A stretch of DNA of 46,018 nucleotides from contig CAYVLC010000001.1 in NCBI GenBank assembly GCA_964452155.1, positions 1 to 46,018 of the forward strand. The letters run 5' to 3'. Within the stretch, counting starts at the first letter, position 1. Each line of letters opens with the position of its first letter. Under the pieces are notes generated by a model. It was given only the letters and a program-made list of their open reading frames with translations, was not told the origin of the DNA and searched no databases. Below are positions 45,999 to 46,018 of the stretch, piece by piece. The position numbers and the translations under genes were made by a program. The stretch comes from an uncultured Dysgonomonadaceae bacterium. Its GTDB lineage: Bacteria > Bacteroidota > Bacteroidia > Bacteroidales > Dysgonomonadaceae.

Positions 45999-46018
45999 AA
46001 GAAACAATCAACCTTTTT

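Noticed and set aside
1-46018. Search for CRISPR arrays, transposases or integrases, phage genes, toxin-antitoxin pairs, restriction-modification or other defence systems, rRNA genes and riboswitches
   Set aside because: None was found. There are no regularly spaced repeat arrays and no ORFs with recombinase, nuclease or methyltransferase-defence signatures. The only mobile-element-like signals are the short non-coding repeats reported above.

Overview
This 46-kb chromosomal window looks like a Bacteroidales (Bacteroidota) genome. The evidence is a SusC/SusD pair, many lipoprotein glycan-active enzymes, TAnnTTTG -7 promoter boxes and Bacteroides-like ribosomal proteins. Contents, left to right: an MBL-fold hydrolase; thrS-infC-rpmI-rplT; a 1.2-kb non-coding gap; a PNPOx-like FMN protein, a secreted thioredoxin and a TrmH-family methyltransferase. 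Next comes a minus-strand glycan-utilisation block: ECF sigma, FecR anti-sigma, STN-SusC, SusD, GH16 and GH3, then a decayed GH2 stub, a Ser-type sulfatase and a GH109-like enzyme. A 2.1-kb gene-poor stretch follows, holding a truncated, frameshifted duplicate of the 3' end of the neighbouring DUF4091 gene. After that: a DUF4091 lipoprotein plus an S9 peptidase; copA plus a small HMA protein; an EamA transporter; and a tightly spaced minus-strand run of two DUF1080 lipoprotein paralogs, rdgB and a Gfo/Idh/MocA oxidoreductase. The window ends with tRNA-Leu(UAG), purN, acpP-fabF-rnc, pfkA, lpxB, surE and a PhoA-type alkaline phosphatase. I found no CRISPR array, transposase, integrase, phage gene or recognisable defence gene, and no self-contained novel protein system I can defend. 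The least explained signals are mostly non-coding: (1) diverged direct repeats bracketing a very AT-rich, ORF-free 1.3-kb island at 23.3-25.6 kb; (2) an inverted-repeat-flanked 192-nt module with an inward-facing promoter box at 5.5-5.7 kb; (3) a dispersed family of short hairpin-plus-tail repeats and a larger composite repeat in several intergenic regions; (4) a long rpmI leader with an internal duplicated motif; (5) a perfect 19-bp direct repeat upstream of the alkaline phosphatase gene; (6) the DUF1080-DUF1080-rdgB-oxidoreductase cluster. All calls come from reading the sequence and recognising motifs by eye. No database or covariance-model search was run.
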